A stretch of 64,000 bases of DNA from an uncultured delta proteobacterium (GTDB lineage: Bacteria > Myxococcota_A > Polyangia > Polyangiales > Polyangiaceae). Location: NCBI GenBank assembly GCA_963806225.1, contig CAWDXG010000004.1:2688001-2752000 (forward strand). Direction: 5' to 3'. Positions 1 through 10,424 of this stretch are shown piece after piece (position 1 is the stretch's first letter; each line of letters opens with the position of its first letter). The notes below the pieces were generated by a model. The model saw nothing but the letters and a program-made list of their open reading frames with translations, searched no databases and had not been told where the DNA came from. The translations under genes were made by a program, and so were the position numbers.

Positions 1-1115
1 GGCCTGAGGCTGCACATCGGCAGCGGTCGCGTGCCGCCGCCGATGTTCACGCCGTTCCGGCTGCGCAACCTGCTGCTCGAGAACCGCATCGTGGTCTCGC
101 CCATGTGCCAGTACTCGGCCGAGGACGGCACCATCAACGACTGGCACCTCGTACACCTCGGCAGCCGTGCGCTCGGCGGCGCGGGCCTCGTCATGGGCGA
201 GATGACGGACGTGAGCCGCGAAGGACGCATCACTCCAGGCTGCGCCGGGATGTACAAGCCGGAGCACGTCACCGCATGGCGCCGCGTCGTCGACTTCGTC
301 CACACCGGGAGCCCCGCGAAGATCGGCATGCAGCTTGCGCACGCCGGGCGCAAGGGCTCGACCAAGCTGATGTGGGAAGGCATCGACGAGCCGCTGCCGA
401 GCGGTAACTGGCCGCTGATCGCACCCTCGCCGATCCCGTACTTCGAGCACAGCCAGACGCCGAAGCCGATGGACCGCGCCGACATGGATCAGGTGCGGGA
501 CGACTTCGTGCAGGCCACCAGCATGGCGGAGGAGGCGGGCTTCGACCTGCTCGAGCTGCACTTCGCCCACGGCTACCTGCTCTCGACGTTCATCTCGCCG
601 CTCACCAACCGCGCGAGGACGAGTACGGCGGATCGCTCGAAAACCGCATGCGCTATCCGCTCGAGATCTTCGATGCGGTACGCAAGGCGTGGCCTCAGGA
701 AAAGCCGATGAGCGTGCGCGTGTCGGCCACGGACTGGGCGCCGGGCGGGCTGTCGCTGGAGGACTGCGTCGCCATCGGCCGCATGCTCAAGCAGCACGGC
801 TGCGACATCATCGACGTGTCGGCGGGACAGACCGTGCCCTACGCGAAGCCGCGCTACGGCCGACTGTTCCAGACGCCATTCAGCGAGCTTACGCGGCTCG
901 AAGCCGGGATCCCCACCATGACCGTCGGCAACATCCAGTCCTACGCCGACGCGAACAGCATCATCGCCGCAGGCCGCGCGGATCTCTGCGTGCTCGCCCG
1001 CGCGCACCTCTACGACCCGTACTGGACGCGCCACGCCGCCAACGAACAGGGCTACGAGATCGAGTGGCCCGACCAGTACAAGACCGTCCAGCGCTACACG
1101 CCGCGGTTCAAGTGA
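1..1115 (+). CDS. Old-yellow-enzyme (NADH:flavin oxidoreductase) domain, probably the C-terminal half of a bifunctional salicylyl-CoA 5-hydroxylase/oxidoreductase; 5' end outside the window; one frameshift near 615-650
   Basis: [10 protein letters not shown]...[21 protein letters not shown] and [20 protein letters not shown] in ORF 31..711, continuing as [15 protein letters not shown]...ADLCVLAR in ORF 648..1115; frame is open from base 1. Confidence 0.85.
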
Positions 1116-1162
1116 GCGACCGCGGGCCCGGCGCGCCGGACCATCCGGACGACCGCCATGTT

Positions 1163-2681
1163 ATGTCCGTAGCGATGGCGACCGCACGCATGCTCGTGCT
1201 CTCTGCAGTAGCACTCACGGCCTGCACGGCGGCGCGGGCTCCCGCCCGCGGCGCCCAGCGCGAGTCGGGACAGAGCCAGCTGATGGGTGAGACGTTCGCG
1301 GGAAAGAACAAGTGCAACCCGGAAAACCACGAGCGCCCGTTCGTCATCGAATGGGACGCGACGGACATGTCGAGCTTCGAGAGCCTGGCCCAGCGCGATG
1401 TCGTGGTTGTCCGCTACGAGGGCTGCAAGCTCCGGATCCTCGATGGCTGCAGGGACGACTCGGTGCCCGGTGCGTATGGCGCATACCGGCCCGTATCGTG
1501 GACCAGCGGGTCGCTCGAGCGGATCGAGATCAGCTCCGAGGCGGATCTCTACGCGAAGCTGCCGCTGGGCGTTGCTTCGCTCGGCGGACGCGTTGCCCGC
1601 GGCGAGAAGTTCCGGATGGAGTACTTCGTCGCCGGGACGCGCAACGCGACGCGACCCGGGCTCTACCGCGGAGACATCGCCGGCAACCCGGGCTGCCAGG
1701 GGGCCACGCACTTCGTCTATGGCTACAACCTCGGCGCGTTCGCCCTGGGCTCGACCTCCGCGAACACGCTGAGTGCCGACGGGAGCCTGTACGGCTTCGG
1801 CGCCAGCGGCACAGAGAAGCGACACGAGAAGGCCGAGAAGAAGGGCGGAGACCTGCACAGCTGCAGAAGCGACTCGGCATCGGAGCTCCAGAGCTGCAAG
1901 GTCCCCATCCGCCTGACGCTGCGTCCTATCGAAGACGGCGACAATCCCGATCGCGCCGCGCGACGCGCGCCCGACACCGACGACTCCCTGAACGCCGCCG
2001 GCAAGGTCGCCGCCACTGTGGAAATATCGGCAGAGGCCAGGGAACACTACCAGTCCGCGCAGACCAAGCTCCGGGCTGGAGACGGCAAGGGCTGCCTGGC
2101 CGAGCTCGACAAGCACGACGAGCTGGATCCGGGGCACCCCTCCACCGAGCCCAGCTCCGGGCTCGGTCTCGAGCGCCCCGAGTGCCTGATGCTGGCGGGG
2201 CAGTGCGACGCCGGCAAGGCGCTCGCACGCAGGTACATTGAACAGCGGGGACCCGGAAAGTACACGAGCACAGACGCCGAGGTGGACTCGCTGGTCGGCA
2301 AGTACTGCCGCGGCAGGATGTCGAAGCGGGACGAGCTGCTCGCCGCCCTGAACAGGATCGTGGAAGGCTCCATGCGCGGCGGGGTCCAGGCGAAGGAGTG
2401 CGCGAAGGCGTACTGCCACGGCCAAGCGGCTGCTGAGGAGCGTCAAGCCGAAGAGCCCCAGGGACATCCCGATCGCGACCGCCGGCGGCGCGGTGCACCA
2501 GTGGGCGGCGAGCTGCGCGGCCCGGGCCCACGACTGCAAGACGGCCTACCGCCTGTTCAAGGACGGCTTCCAGCCCACGCCCGCCTACAGCAGGTTGAAG
2601 ACCGCGCAGGCGCGCGAGCGCTACATCCGCACCGGCTTCAGGAACTCGATCGGCGCCGTCACCGGTCAGTGCACGGACTGA
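1163..2681 (+). CDS. Putative lipoprotein, Cys-containing hypothetical; frameshift near 2415
   Basis: Signal peptide with lipobox (LVLSAVALTAC); protein-like sequence in the frame of ORF 689..3187 up to about 2415, then continues in the frame of 2493..2681. Confidence 0.65.
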
Positions 2682-2688
2682 CGGCGCC

Positions 2689-3293
2689 TCAGCGCGCTGC
2701 CACGCGCCGCGCCGGCACGTACGGCTGTTCGACGACCAGGCGATACGGCACGTGGCCGCGCCAGAACATGCCGCTCACTGCGGGCGCCATGCGGCCGCGC
2801 GCGGCGACGACGGCGCTGATCACGTCGCCCGCACTGCGCGCGGGTGCGCCGGCCACGCGCGTCAGCACGTCACCATCGCGGACGCCGATACCGAGCGAGC
2901 TCACGCCGGCCAGGCGCATCCCGCCGGGACGCACGCCGTCCGACCGCACATACGCGCCGTGCGGCCGCACGCCCGCGTCCGCCAGCCGGAGCACGACCCG
3001 TGCCGGCACGTGGACGCCGTGCGTGATGCGGAAGTGCCCACGCCGTCGCGCACGGGCGCGAGGCCCCGCCCGCTCCGGCGCCGCTTGTCACGTCGTCCAC
3101 GACGACCAGACTGCCCGGCGCCGCGAAGGGCTCGGGCCGGAGCTCGGCCGCTGGCCGCGGCAGGAGCGCCGCCAACCTCCCCACTGACGCGCCCGAGCGC
3201 GCGCCGGCGCGATCCGCCACGCGCGACGACGCCCACGCCATCACCGGCAGGGGCAGCGCGAGGAGCACGGCGGCGATCAGAGCGGCGGCGCAT
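2689..3293 (-). CDS. Membrane-anchored hypothetical protein with a C-terminal PDZ-like domain (frameshifted)
   Basis: N-terminal hydrophobic segment LIAAVLLALPLPVMAW (frame of ORF 2870..3268); C-terminal PGGMRLAGVSSLGIGVRDGDVLTRVAG resembles a PDZ G-x-x-x-GD motif (ORF 2689..3009). Confidence 0.5.
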
Positions 3294-3323
3294 CTTCCCG
3301 CGGGAGTCTACCACGCGCTCGCG

Positions 3324-4195
3324 CTAGCGCCCGCCCTTGTGCTCCGGCGCGGACAGGTAGCGGAAGAAATCGGACCCTGTCGACAGCACCAGCGTCGACG
3401 TTCTTGTCCATCGACTTGTCGTACGTGTCGAGGCTGCGTGTGAAGGCGAAGAACTCGGGGTCCTTGCCGTAGGCCCCGGCGTAGATGCGGATGCTCTCCG
3501 CGTCGCCTTCGCCGCGCTGCTTCTGCGACACCTCGTAGGCCTGGGCGAGGATGATCGTCTTCTGCTTGTCGGCGTCGGCCCGGATCTTCGCCGCGGCCTC
3601 GGCGCCTTCCGAGCGGTACTGCTTGGCCGCCCGCTCACGCTCGGCGCTCATGCGCTGGAACACGCTCTCCTGCACCTGCTTCGGCAGGTCGGCGCGCTTG
3701 ATGCGCACGTCCACCACCTGGATGCCCGAAGATCTTCGTCTTCGTGCGGGTGCGCTTGGCCACTTCCTGCATCATCGGATCACGCGCATTGCCCACGATG
3801 TCGTCGAAGTTGCGGCTGGCCAGCTCGCGCCGCATCTCGCTGTTGACCACGTCGTCCAGTCGCGCCCGGGCGCCGGTCTCGTCGTGCACGCTCTTGAAGA
3901 ACTCCAGCGGATCATCGATACGCCAGCGCGTGATGGGATCGGCAACCAGCCGCTTCTTGTCCAGCGTGAGGTACTCGGCCGGCGGCGTGTCGCTGGTCAG
4001 GACGCGCCGCTCGAGAAAGTGCACCTTCTCGGCGAACGGCACCTTGTAGTGGAGCCCCGGGTTGTCCTCGGTGCGCTTGAACTCGCCGAAGCGCGTCACG
4101 ATGCTGAGCTCCGTCTCGTCCACCGTGAACAAGGTCGACCACGCCGTAATCAGGACAGCGCCGAGCAGCACCAGGATGATCGTCGTCCGGTTCAT
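3324..4195 (-). CDS. hflC: Protease modulator HflC (SPFH family); frameshifts near 3725 and 3400
   Basis: TLFTVDETELSIVTRFGE, DKKRLVAD..RWRIDDP, VDVRIKRADLP, RMSAERERAAKQYRSEG, DPEFFAFTRSL, LVLSTGSDFFRYL; lies directly downstream of hflK. Confidence 0.93.
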
Positions 4196-4197
4196 GG

Positions 4198-5199
4198 CTA
4201 CTTGCCCCCCGTCATGGCGCCGATCGCCTTTTGACCCAGCGGCAGGACGGGCAGGGCCCCCTTGGCCAGATCGCGGTCCACCACGACCTTTCCGTGCACC
4301 TTGCCCATGATGTCCTCCATGGTCTCGAGGTACATGCGCTCGCGGGTGACCTTCTCTGCTTTCGTGTACTCGGCAAGCAGCGATTCGAACTTCGCCGCGT
4401 CGCCCTTGGCGCGCAGGATGCGCTGCTCCTTGTAGCCCTCGGCGGCGCGCTCGATCTTCTGCGCCTCTCCGCGCGCCTTGGGGATGACATCCGCCTTGTA
4501 GCCCTTGGACTGGTTGATGAGCTTTTCCTTGTCCTCGCGGGCGCGCACCACGTCGTGGAACGCCTCCTTCACCTCGTCGGGCGCATCCACCATCTGCAGC
4601 TTCACGTCGGTGATGGTCAGACCGCTGTCGTACTCGTCCATCAACTTCTGCAGCCAGGAGTGCGTCTCTTCCTGCACCTTTTCGCGACCGGTCGTGATCA
4701 CGTCGTCGATCTTGGTGCGGCCGACCATGCTGCGGAGCGCCACCTCGGCGGTGGTGTGCAGAACCTGCTCCGGATCCTTCAGGCGGAACAGGAACTTCGT
4801 CGGGTCCTTGACGCGGTACTGCACGATCATCTGCGCCTCGACGATGTTCTCGTCGCCGGTCAGCATCAGCGCCTCGTGCGGCATGCGCTGCTTGCCGCGG
4901 AAGCCGATCTCGATGCGCCGGATCTGCTGCATGTTGACCACGTCCTTCTGCTGGATGAACGGGATCCTGTAGTGCAGCCCAGGCGCCGTCTTCCCCGTCT
5001 CGCGCCCGAAGGTCCGCACGACGCCCTGCTCGCCCGGACCGACGCTGTAGAACCCGGTCGCGGCGATGATCAGCAGCAGGACTCCGGCCGCGATCGGGCC
5101 GAGCCGGCGTAGATTCCGCCGGAACGCGTCGGAGACGTGCTCGACCATCTTGCCCATGTCGGGCCCATTTGCGCCCCCGTTGTCGAACTGACTCCGCAT
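4198..5199 (-). CDS. hflK: FtsH protease modulator HflK
   Basis: GEQGVVRTFG, MLTGDENIV, VKEAFHDVVRAREDKEKLINQ, VTRERMYLETME. Confidence 0.95.
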   Translation of the reverse strand: MRSQFDNGGANGPDMGKMVEHVSDAFRRNLRRLGPIAAGVLLLIIAATGFYSVGPGEQGVVRTFGRETGKTAPGLHYRIPFIQQKDVVNMQQIRRIEIGFRGKQRMPHEALMLTGDENIVEAQMIVQYRVKDPTKFLFRLKDPEQVLHTTAEVALRSMVGRTKIDDVITTGREKVQEETHSWLQKLMDEYDSGLTITDVKLQMVDAPDEVKEAFHDVVRAREDKEKLINQSKGYKADVIPKARGEAQKIERAAEGYKEQRILRAKGDAAKFESLLAEYTKAEKVTRERMYLETMEDIMGKVHGKVVVDRDLAKGALPVLPLGQKAIGAMTGGK

Positions 5200-5294
5200 G
5201 AATAGCTCCCCATCAGCACGCGCTCCCTGCGCCTGCCACGACGGGGGCTACCCTAGTGACGCCGCCCGCAATCGCAAGCGACACAAGCAGGTTG

Positions 5295-5762
5295 CTACTG
5301 GCGTACCCGCCAGTTGCCCTGGAACGTCTTGCCGACCTCGTCGCAGGTCGGATCCGTCACGATCAGCTCGGGGCGCGCTTCGCGGCAGTAGATGATGGTG
5401 TTCTGGCGGAAAGTGCGACCGAAATGGATCGCCTCGTCGCGCTCGATGCCGTGCACGAGCCACGCCGGTTCGCGCCACACGCCTTCCGGCTCCTCGTCGT
5501 AGCCGACGCAGTGCTCGACGCGGTAGCAGCCGAGGATCAACAGATCGCGCATCACCTGGTGCCGACCGTCGTTCACGCGACGCGGCAGCAGCATGGAGCG
5601 GGGGTTATACGCCGTGAGGACCGCGAATTGCTGCTGCAGCGGCCCCGGCAGGGCCGTCACATCCGCGACGATCTCGCCGTCCATGGACACGCGCATCAGC
5701 CCAGTGTCCGTCGGCAGCTCGTAGACGGTCGCGAAGTAGGAGCGCAGGAGGTTCTGATCCAA
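5295..5762 (-). CDS. DUF3293-like protein
   Basis: LLRSYFATVY, FAVLTAYNPRS, WREPAWLV...EAIHFGRTFRQNTIIY match the DUF3293 pattern. Confidence 0.75.
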   Translation of the reverse strand: MDQNLLRSYFATVYELPTDTGLMRVSMDGEIVADVTALPGPLQQQFAVLTAYNPRSMLLPRRVNDGRHQVMRDLLILGCYRVEHCVGYDEEPEGVWREPAWLVHGIERDEAIHFGRTFRQNTIIYCREARPELIVTDPTCDEVGKTFQGNWRVRQ

Positions 5763-5799
5763 GGCGGGAGCCTTCTAGCATCCGCGGCCGCACGGTCCC

Positions 5800-5842
5800 A
5801 ATGTGGCAAAATGAGCACATAATTGTGACATTTTGCCACATT
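5800..5842. promoter_or_regulatory. AT-rich inverted repeat with perfect 14 bp arms; candidate operator or hairpin
   Basis: AATGTGGCAAAATG-AGCACATAATTGTGA-CATTTTGCCACATT in the intergenic gap. Confidence 0.6.
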
Positions 5843-5851
5843 CTGTTCACC

Positions 5852-6589
5852 TCACGGCTCGAAACGGTACCCGACGCCCCGCACGGTGAGCAGGTGGCGC
5901 GGCTCGGCCGGGTCGTCCTCGAGCTTGTTCCTGAGCTGCAGCAGGAAGTTGTCGATCGTGCGCAGCGTGCCGTGATGACCCGGCCCCCACACCTTCGAGC
6001 GGATCTGGTCGCGCGACAGCACGCGGCCGCCCGCTTCCACCAGGCACCAGAGCACGTCGAACTCGGTGGCCGTGAGCGGCACCGACTCGCCCCCGCGCGT
6101 CACCTGCCGCGTCGCCGCGTTGATCGAGAGATCGCCGGCGCCCACCAGATCCTGCGTCTCTTCCGGACGCGCGATGGCGTCACGGCGCAGGGCCGCCTTG
6201 ATGCGTGCCAGGAGCTCCGCCAGGCTGAACGGCTTGGTGATGTAGTCCTCCGCCCCGAGGTCGAGACCCATCACCTTGTCCATCTCCGCTCCGCGCGCGC
6301 TCAGCATCAGGACCGGCATGTTGCGCCCTTCCCCGCGCAGCGTACGGACGATCTCGAAGCCGTTCACGCGCGGAAGCATCACGTCCAGAAGCACGAGATC
6401 GAAGCCGCCGTCGCGCGCGCGCTCCAACCCCTCCAGCCCGTCGTGCGCCACGCTCACCGCGTAGCCCTCGGCCTCCAGGTTCATGCGCAGACCGAGCGTG
6501 ATGCTCTCGTCGTCCTCGACCACGAGGATGCGCTTGTTTCCGTTGGCTGCCACGTGGTTCGGGTCGCTGCTGATCTGCGGTTCTTCCAT
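5852..6589 (-). CDS. OmpR/PhoB family response regulator
   Basis: RILVVEDD, DLVLLDVMLP, GAEDYITKPF and winged-helix end LLTVRGVGYRF; ATG at 6589 chosen as start. Confidence 0.93.
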   Translation of the reverse strand: MEEPQISSDPNHVAANGNKRILVVEDDESITLGLRMNLEAEGYAVSVAHDGLEGLERARDGGFDLVLLDVMLPRVNGFEIVRTLRGEGRNMPVLMLSARGAEMDKVMGLDLGAEDYITKPFSLAELLARIKAALRRDAIARPEETQDLVGAGDLSINAATRQVTRGGESVPLTATEFDVLWCLVEAGGRVLSRDQIRSKVWGPGHHGTLRTIDNFLLQLRNKLEDDPAEPRHLLTVRGVGYRFEP

Positions 6590-6804
6590 GCCGCCCCCCG
6601 GGGACACGCCCGATCTACTGCCACATCGCGGCCCGCAGCGCGCGGGTTTTTCTTGCGCTCCCAGGCAGCTGTCCGGATAGTGGCGTTCTCCGGGGGCACC
6701 CAACCAGGTACCCGAGCAGGCCCACCCCGTCCGCCCCCGCAGCCCACACCCGTTCGTGCCGCGTCGCGTAGCCGCGACGCGGCATCAGGCAGCGTCGCCG
6801 ACGT

Positions 6805-7191
6805 TCACGCCGCGAGGCGATCGGGCATCATGTGACAACCGCATGCGCGGCCCGGCTGGACATGCCCGGCCTTCATCATCGCCACGCAGCCCTTGTGGCA
6901 GACGACCTCGGTCGGCACCTCGAGCAGCGAGCAACTCTTTACGTCGTACCAACGACCAGTGTGCAGGTCGCCGACGAACTCGATGTCCGCGGGCTGTCCA
7001 TAGCGATCACAGATCACACGATGCTGCTCGACGGTGGGGGCCTCGCCGAAGTGATCGCGCAGCCAGCTGAAGGCCCAGATCGAGAATCCGATCGATAGTC
7101 CGACCACCGCTCCCGACCACACGCCGAACTCGGTGCCCGTCAGCGCGCCCGCAAGCGCTCCAAAAATCACTCCGATCAAGCTGGCGCCCAT
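6805..7191 (-). CDS. Small membrane protein (2 TM) with a Cys-rich C-terminal domain
   Basis: GGAGG RBS before the ATG at 7191; two hydrophobic helices, then C..DVKSCS..VVCHKGC..CGCH. Confidence 0.7.
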   Translation of the reverse strand: MGASLIGVIFGALAGALTGTEFGVWSGAVVGLSIGFSIWAFSWLRDHFGEAPTVEQHRVICDRYGQPADIEFVGDLHTGRWYDVKSCSLLEVPTEVVCHKGCVAMMKAGHVQPGRACGCHMMPDRLAA

Positions 7192-7209
7192 GGCGACTAC
7201 CTCCTGGTG

Positions 7210-7293
7210 TTGATCCCGGACAAAACGTAGCACCCATCGGGCTGAACGAACTTGACGTGGATCAAGTGCAACGCATCGCCTGATCGGGATCAA
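7210..7293 (-). promoter_or_regulatory. FNR/CRP-family promoter with three TTGA-N6-TCAA-like boxes and an extended -10
   Basis: Boxes as read on the plus strand: TTGATCCCGGACAA (7210-7223), TTGACGTGGATCAA (7252-7265), CTGATCGGGATCAA (7280-7293); TGnTACGTT on the minus strand at 7232-7224. Confidence 0.7.
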
Positions 7294-7410
7294 GCCGCAA
7301 TCGCGCAGCCCGCGTTGCAGCCAGCGGCGCGCAACAGCCCTACCGGACGGATCGCCTTTTCGTCTGGAATCGAACGCGCGCTACGGGACCACGACGGCGC
7401 GAGGGCGATG

Positions 7411-8322
7411 CTAGCGCTCGACGGGAAAGACGAGGGTGAAGGTGCTGCCTTCGCCGGGGGTGCTGTCGAGCTCGACCTTGCCACGGTGGGCCTTCATCAC
7501 GGCCTTGACGATAGCAAGGCCCAGGCCCGAGCCTTCGCGCTCGCGCGAGAGGCGGTCGTCGACGCGGTAGAACTTCTGGAAGATGCGCTTGTGCTCGACA
7601 TCGGGGATGCCGGGCCCGTTGTCGCTGACGGAGATGCACACCTCGTGGTCGCGCTGCGCGACCACGAGGCCGATCCTCGGCGGCTCGCCTCCGTACTTCT
7701 CTGCGTTGGAGAGCAGGTTGAACAGTGCGTCGACGACGGCGCCGGGGTCGGCGTCGAGGATCAGCGGCTGTTCGGGGACGTGCACGTCGAGCTCGATGCC
7801 GCGGCGAGCCCGCACGTTGTCGAAGGCCGCTACCGCCGAGTCGATCATCTTCCGCACCTCGGTCGGCTTCATCACGAATTCGTGGTGGCCACTCTCCATC
7901 CTGCCCCAGTCGAGCAGCCTGTCGATGAGCTCCTGCAGCCGGCTGCTCTCGCGCGCCAGGGCCTCGATGCACTTGTCCTCGGCGTCGGTGTCGCCGCGGC
8001 GCAGAGCCAGCGTCTCGGCGAACAGGCGGATCGACGTGAGCGGGGTTCTGAGCTCGTGCGACACCTTGGATACGAAGTCGCTCTGGAGCCGCGACAGGTT
8101 CGCCTCGCGCCGCACGAACACCCACACCAGGATGACTCCTGTTACCGCAGCGCCGCTCAGCGCCAGCACCAGGATGCCGAGAATGAGGTTGACCCGCGCG
8201 TCGCCCAGAAACAGCAGCAGCGTGCCCACTGCGAGCAGCAGGAAGGTGGGCACGACCACCAACGCCACCAGCAGGATGACGATGCGGCGATAACCGAGCG
8301 CAGTCAGATCGCGCGAGGCCAT
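7411..8322 (-). CDS. Membrane sensor histidine kinase (HisKA + HATPase)
   Basis: 2 TM helices, FVSKVSHELRTPLTSI, NLLSNAEKY, DNGPGI, GSGLGL. Confidence 0.93.
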   Translation of the reverse strand: MASRDLTALGYRRIVILLVALVVVPTFLLLAVGTLLLFLGDARVNLILGILVLALSGAAVTGVILVWVFVRREANLSRLQSDFVSKVSHELRTPLTSIRLFAETLALRRGDTDAEDKCIEALARESSRLQELIDRLLDWGRMESGHHEFVMKPTEVRKMIDSAVAAFDNVRARRGIELDVHVPEQPLILDADPGAVVDALFNLLSNAEKYGGEPPRIGLVVAQRDHEVCISVSDNGPGIPDVEHKRIFQKFYRVDDRLSREREGSGLGLAIVKAVMKAHRGKVELDSTPGEGSTFTLVFPVER

Positions 8323-8413
8323 GATCACGTGTCCGGCGGCCGGCGAACCGCCGGCCCTGAGCGTACCGGCGGTTTCGCCGGTCGCAAGCCCACCGGGACG
8401 GGACGACCGCATC

Positions 8414-10424
8414 TCAGAGCTCGAGCTCGACCACGAGGGTACGGAGCAGCTCGGCGACGCTCCAGGCCTGTGCGGGGCAGCCGCGCGGGCGGTTCGGCTC
8501 GTCGCCGTCGCCGATCTGCGCGACCTGACCGAGCACCGGCCCGTCGAGCGCGTCGAGGATGGCCTGGTGCAGGTCCTCGCGCAGCTCGAAATCGTCCGGC
8601 GACAGAGCGAGCGCCGCCCGCGCGAAGACGCCGAACAGGTGGGGCCACGCGGTACCCTGATGGAGGGAGCCTCCACGCTCGTCGGCTCGGCCCTCGTAGT
8701 GACCGCGGTAGTTCGGGTCGCGCGCCGAGAGCGTCCTCAGCCCGCGCAGGGTGACGAGCTCGTCGCGGGCGCGACGGACAATCGCCGCGCCCTGCCAGCG
8801 GGCGAACAGTGCCGGGATCGGCGGCCAGTGCGACGACGGCATTGGGACGGATGCTGGGGTCGGCCCAGGCATCGGCCGTATCGCGCTCCTCGCTGAGACA
8901 GTCGAAGGGGTACTCGGTCTCGTTGCACCAGAAACGCCCGGGGAACGCCGCGCGGACGGCGTCCGACGCGAACCGTGCGGCGCGCGCGATCTTCTCGTCG
9001 CCGAGCGCAGCGGCAAGAGCCGACAGCGTCTCCGTGCCCCGGCTCCAGAGCGCCTGGTGCTCGACCGCCAGCCCAGCGCGCGGGGTCACGGGCTTTCCAT
9101 CGACCTGTGCGTCCATCCAGGTCATCGCAGCCTGTTCTGATCCGTTGGCTACCAGGCCTTCGGCGCTCAGCCAGATCAGCCGGCGTCGCTTGCTCATCAC
9201 GCGCACGAAAGCGCGCCGGAGCGCCGGATACAGGACCGCGCGGACGAATTCGTCCTGCGTGCCGGTGCGCGCCACGAGCTCGCGTGCCGCTTCGAAGAGC
9301 CACAGCGTGGCATCCGGCGAGGGGCGCGCACGGCGAGTGCCGCTGCCCCCCAGCTCTGCGGGCAACAGGCCCGAACGCTGCGTGGCGAGCAGCGTGGCCA
9401 GCACGCGCTTGGCCTCGTCCACACGGTCGCGCACCAGCATCAGCCCGGGTAGCGCGACCAGCGCATCGCGCGTGCTCGCGCCGTGACAGGGGTAGCCGGC
9501 CAGGACCACCGGATGCTCGCAGGCGTCAGCGCAGAACTGTTCCGCCGAGACCCACAGCGCGCGCACGACCTCCGCGTGCTCGGGTCCCGGGTCGCTGGAC
9601 AAGAGCTGCTCTCGCGTCTCTTCCATCAGCTCGGCGGGATCGCGGTCCGGCAGCTCGCCGAGGGAAACGAGCAGGTAGGTGGTCCTGCCGGGCTCCAGCC
9701 GGAGCTCGAAGCTGCCCGGCGTCCAGATGTCCTCCTGGAAGTCCTTGCCGCTCTCGCGATCGTCGAGATACTCGAAGCGCCGCCACCAGTCGGGCGAGCC
9801 GACGAAGATACCGTCGTGCCGGAAGCTCACCGGCGGCAGCTGCGGCAGCGGCTGGATCTGCACTTCGTTCTGGCGCATCGTCGCGGTCTGCACCATCCCG
9901 CCGTGCTCGGTCATCAGCTCGTCCGCGCGGCGCAGAGGCAGAAGCGGGCGCACCTCCAGGCGTGCGGGTCGCCGGCCATACCAGTGGAAGGAGAGCACGA
10001 GCGTGTTGTGTCCGCGGACCAGGCACAGGCTGCGCTCGAAGCGGCTCTGGCCGAGGCGGTAGATCCAGCGCGGCAGCGGATCCTGCGCGAAGCTCTCGAG
10101 CTGCCGGTAGCCCGGCGTGGGCAGGACGCCCGGGAACTGGTGCGTGACCAGCCGGTGCACGCGGCCGTCTGCTTCGACGCTGACGTCGGCGTGGCTCAGG
10201 ACGACGTAGCGATCGTGGGGTGGGTCGAGCGGGGCCACGAGCAGGCCGTGGTGGCGGCGCGTGTGCATCAGCGCGACGGTGCTCATGGCGTAGGCGCCGC
10301 TGCCGTTCGTGTGCAGCCACTCGGGCTCCGCGCGCTCGAGCGTGCCGCCGGTGTGCACGACGGGCCACGGACCGTCGCGCATCGCGCGCCACACGCGCTG
10401 CTCGCCCTCGTCGACGTTCATCAT
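8414..10424 (-). CDS. Amylo-alpha-1,6-glucosidase / glycogen debranching enzyme family; frameshift near 8815
   Basis: EWLHTNGSGAYA, TRRHHGLL, LAGYP, TWMDA, SIRPNAV, then GLRTLS..DPNYRGHY, HQGTAWP, GCPAQAWSVAE in the second frame. Confidence 0.88.
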
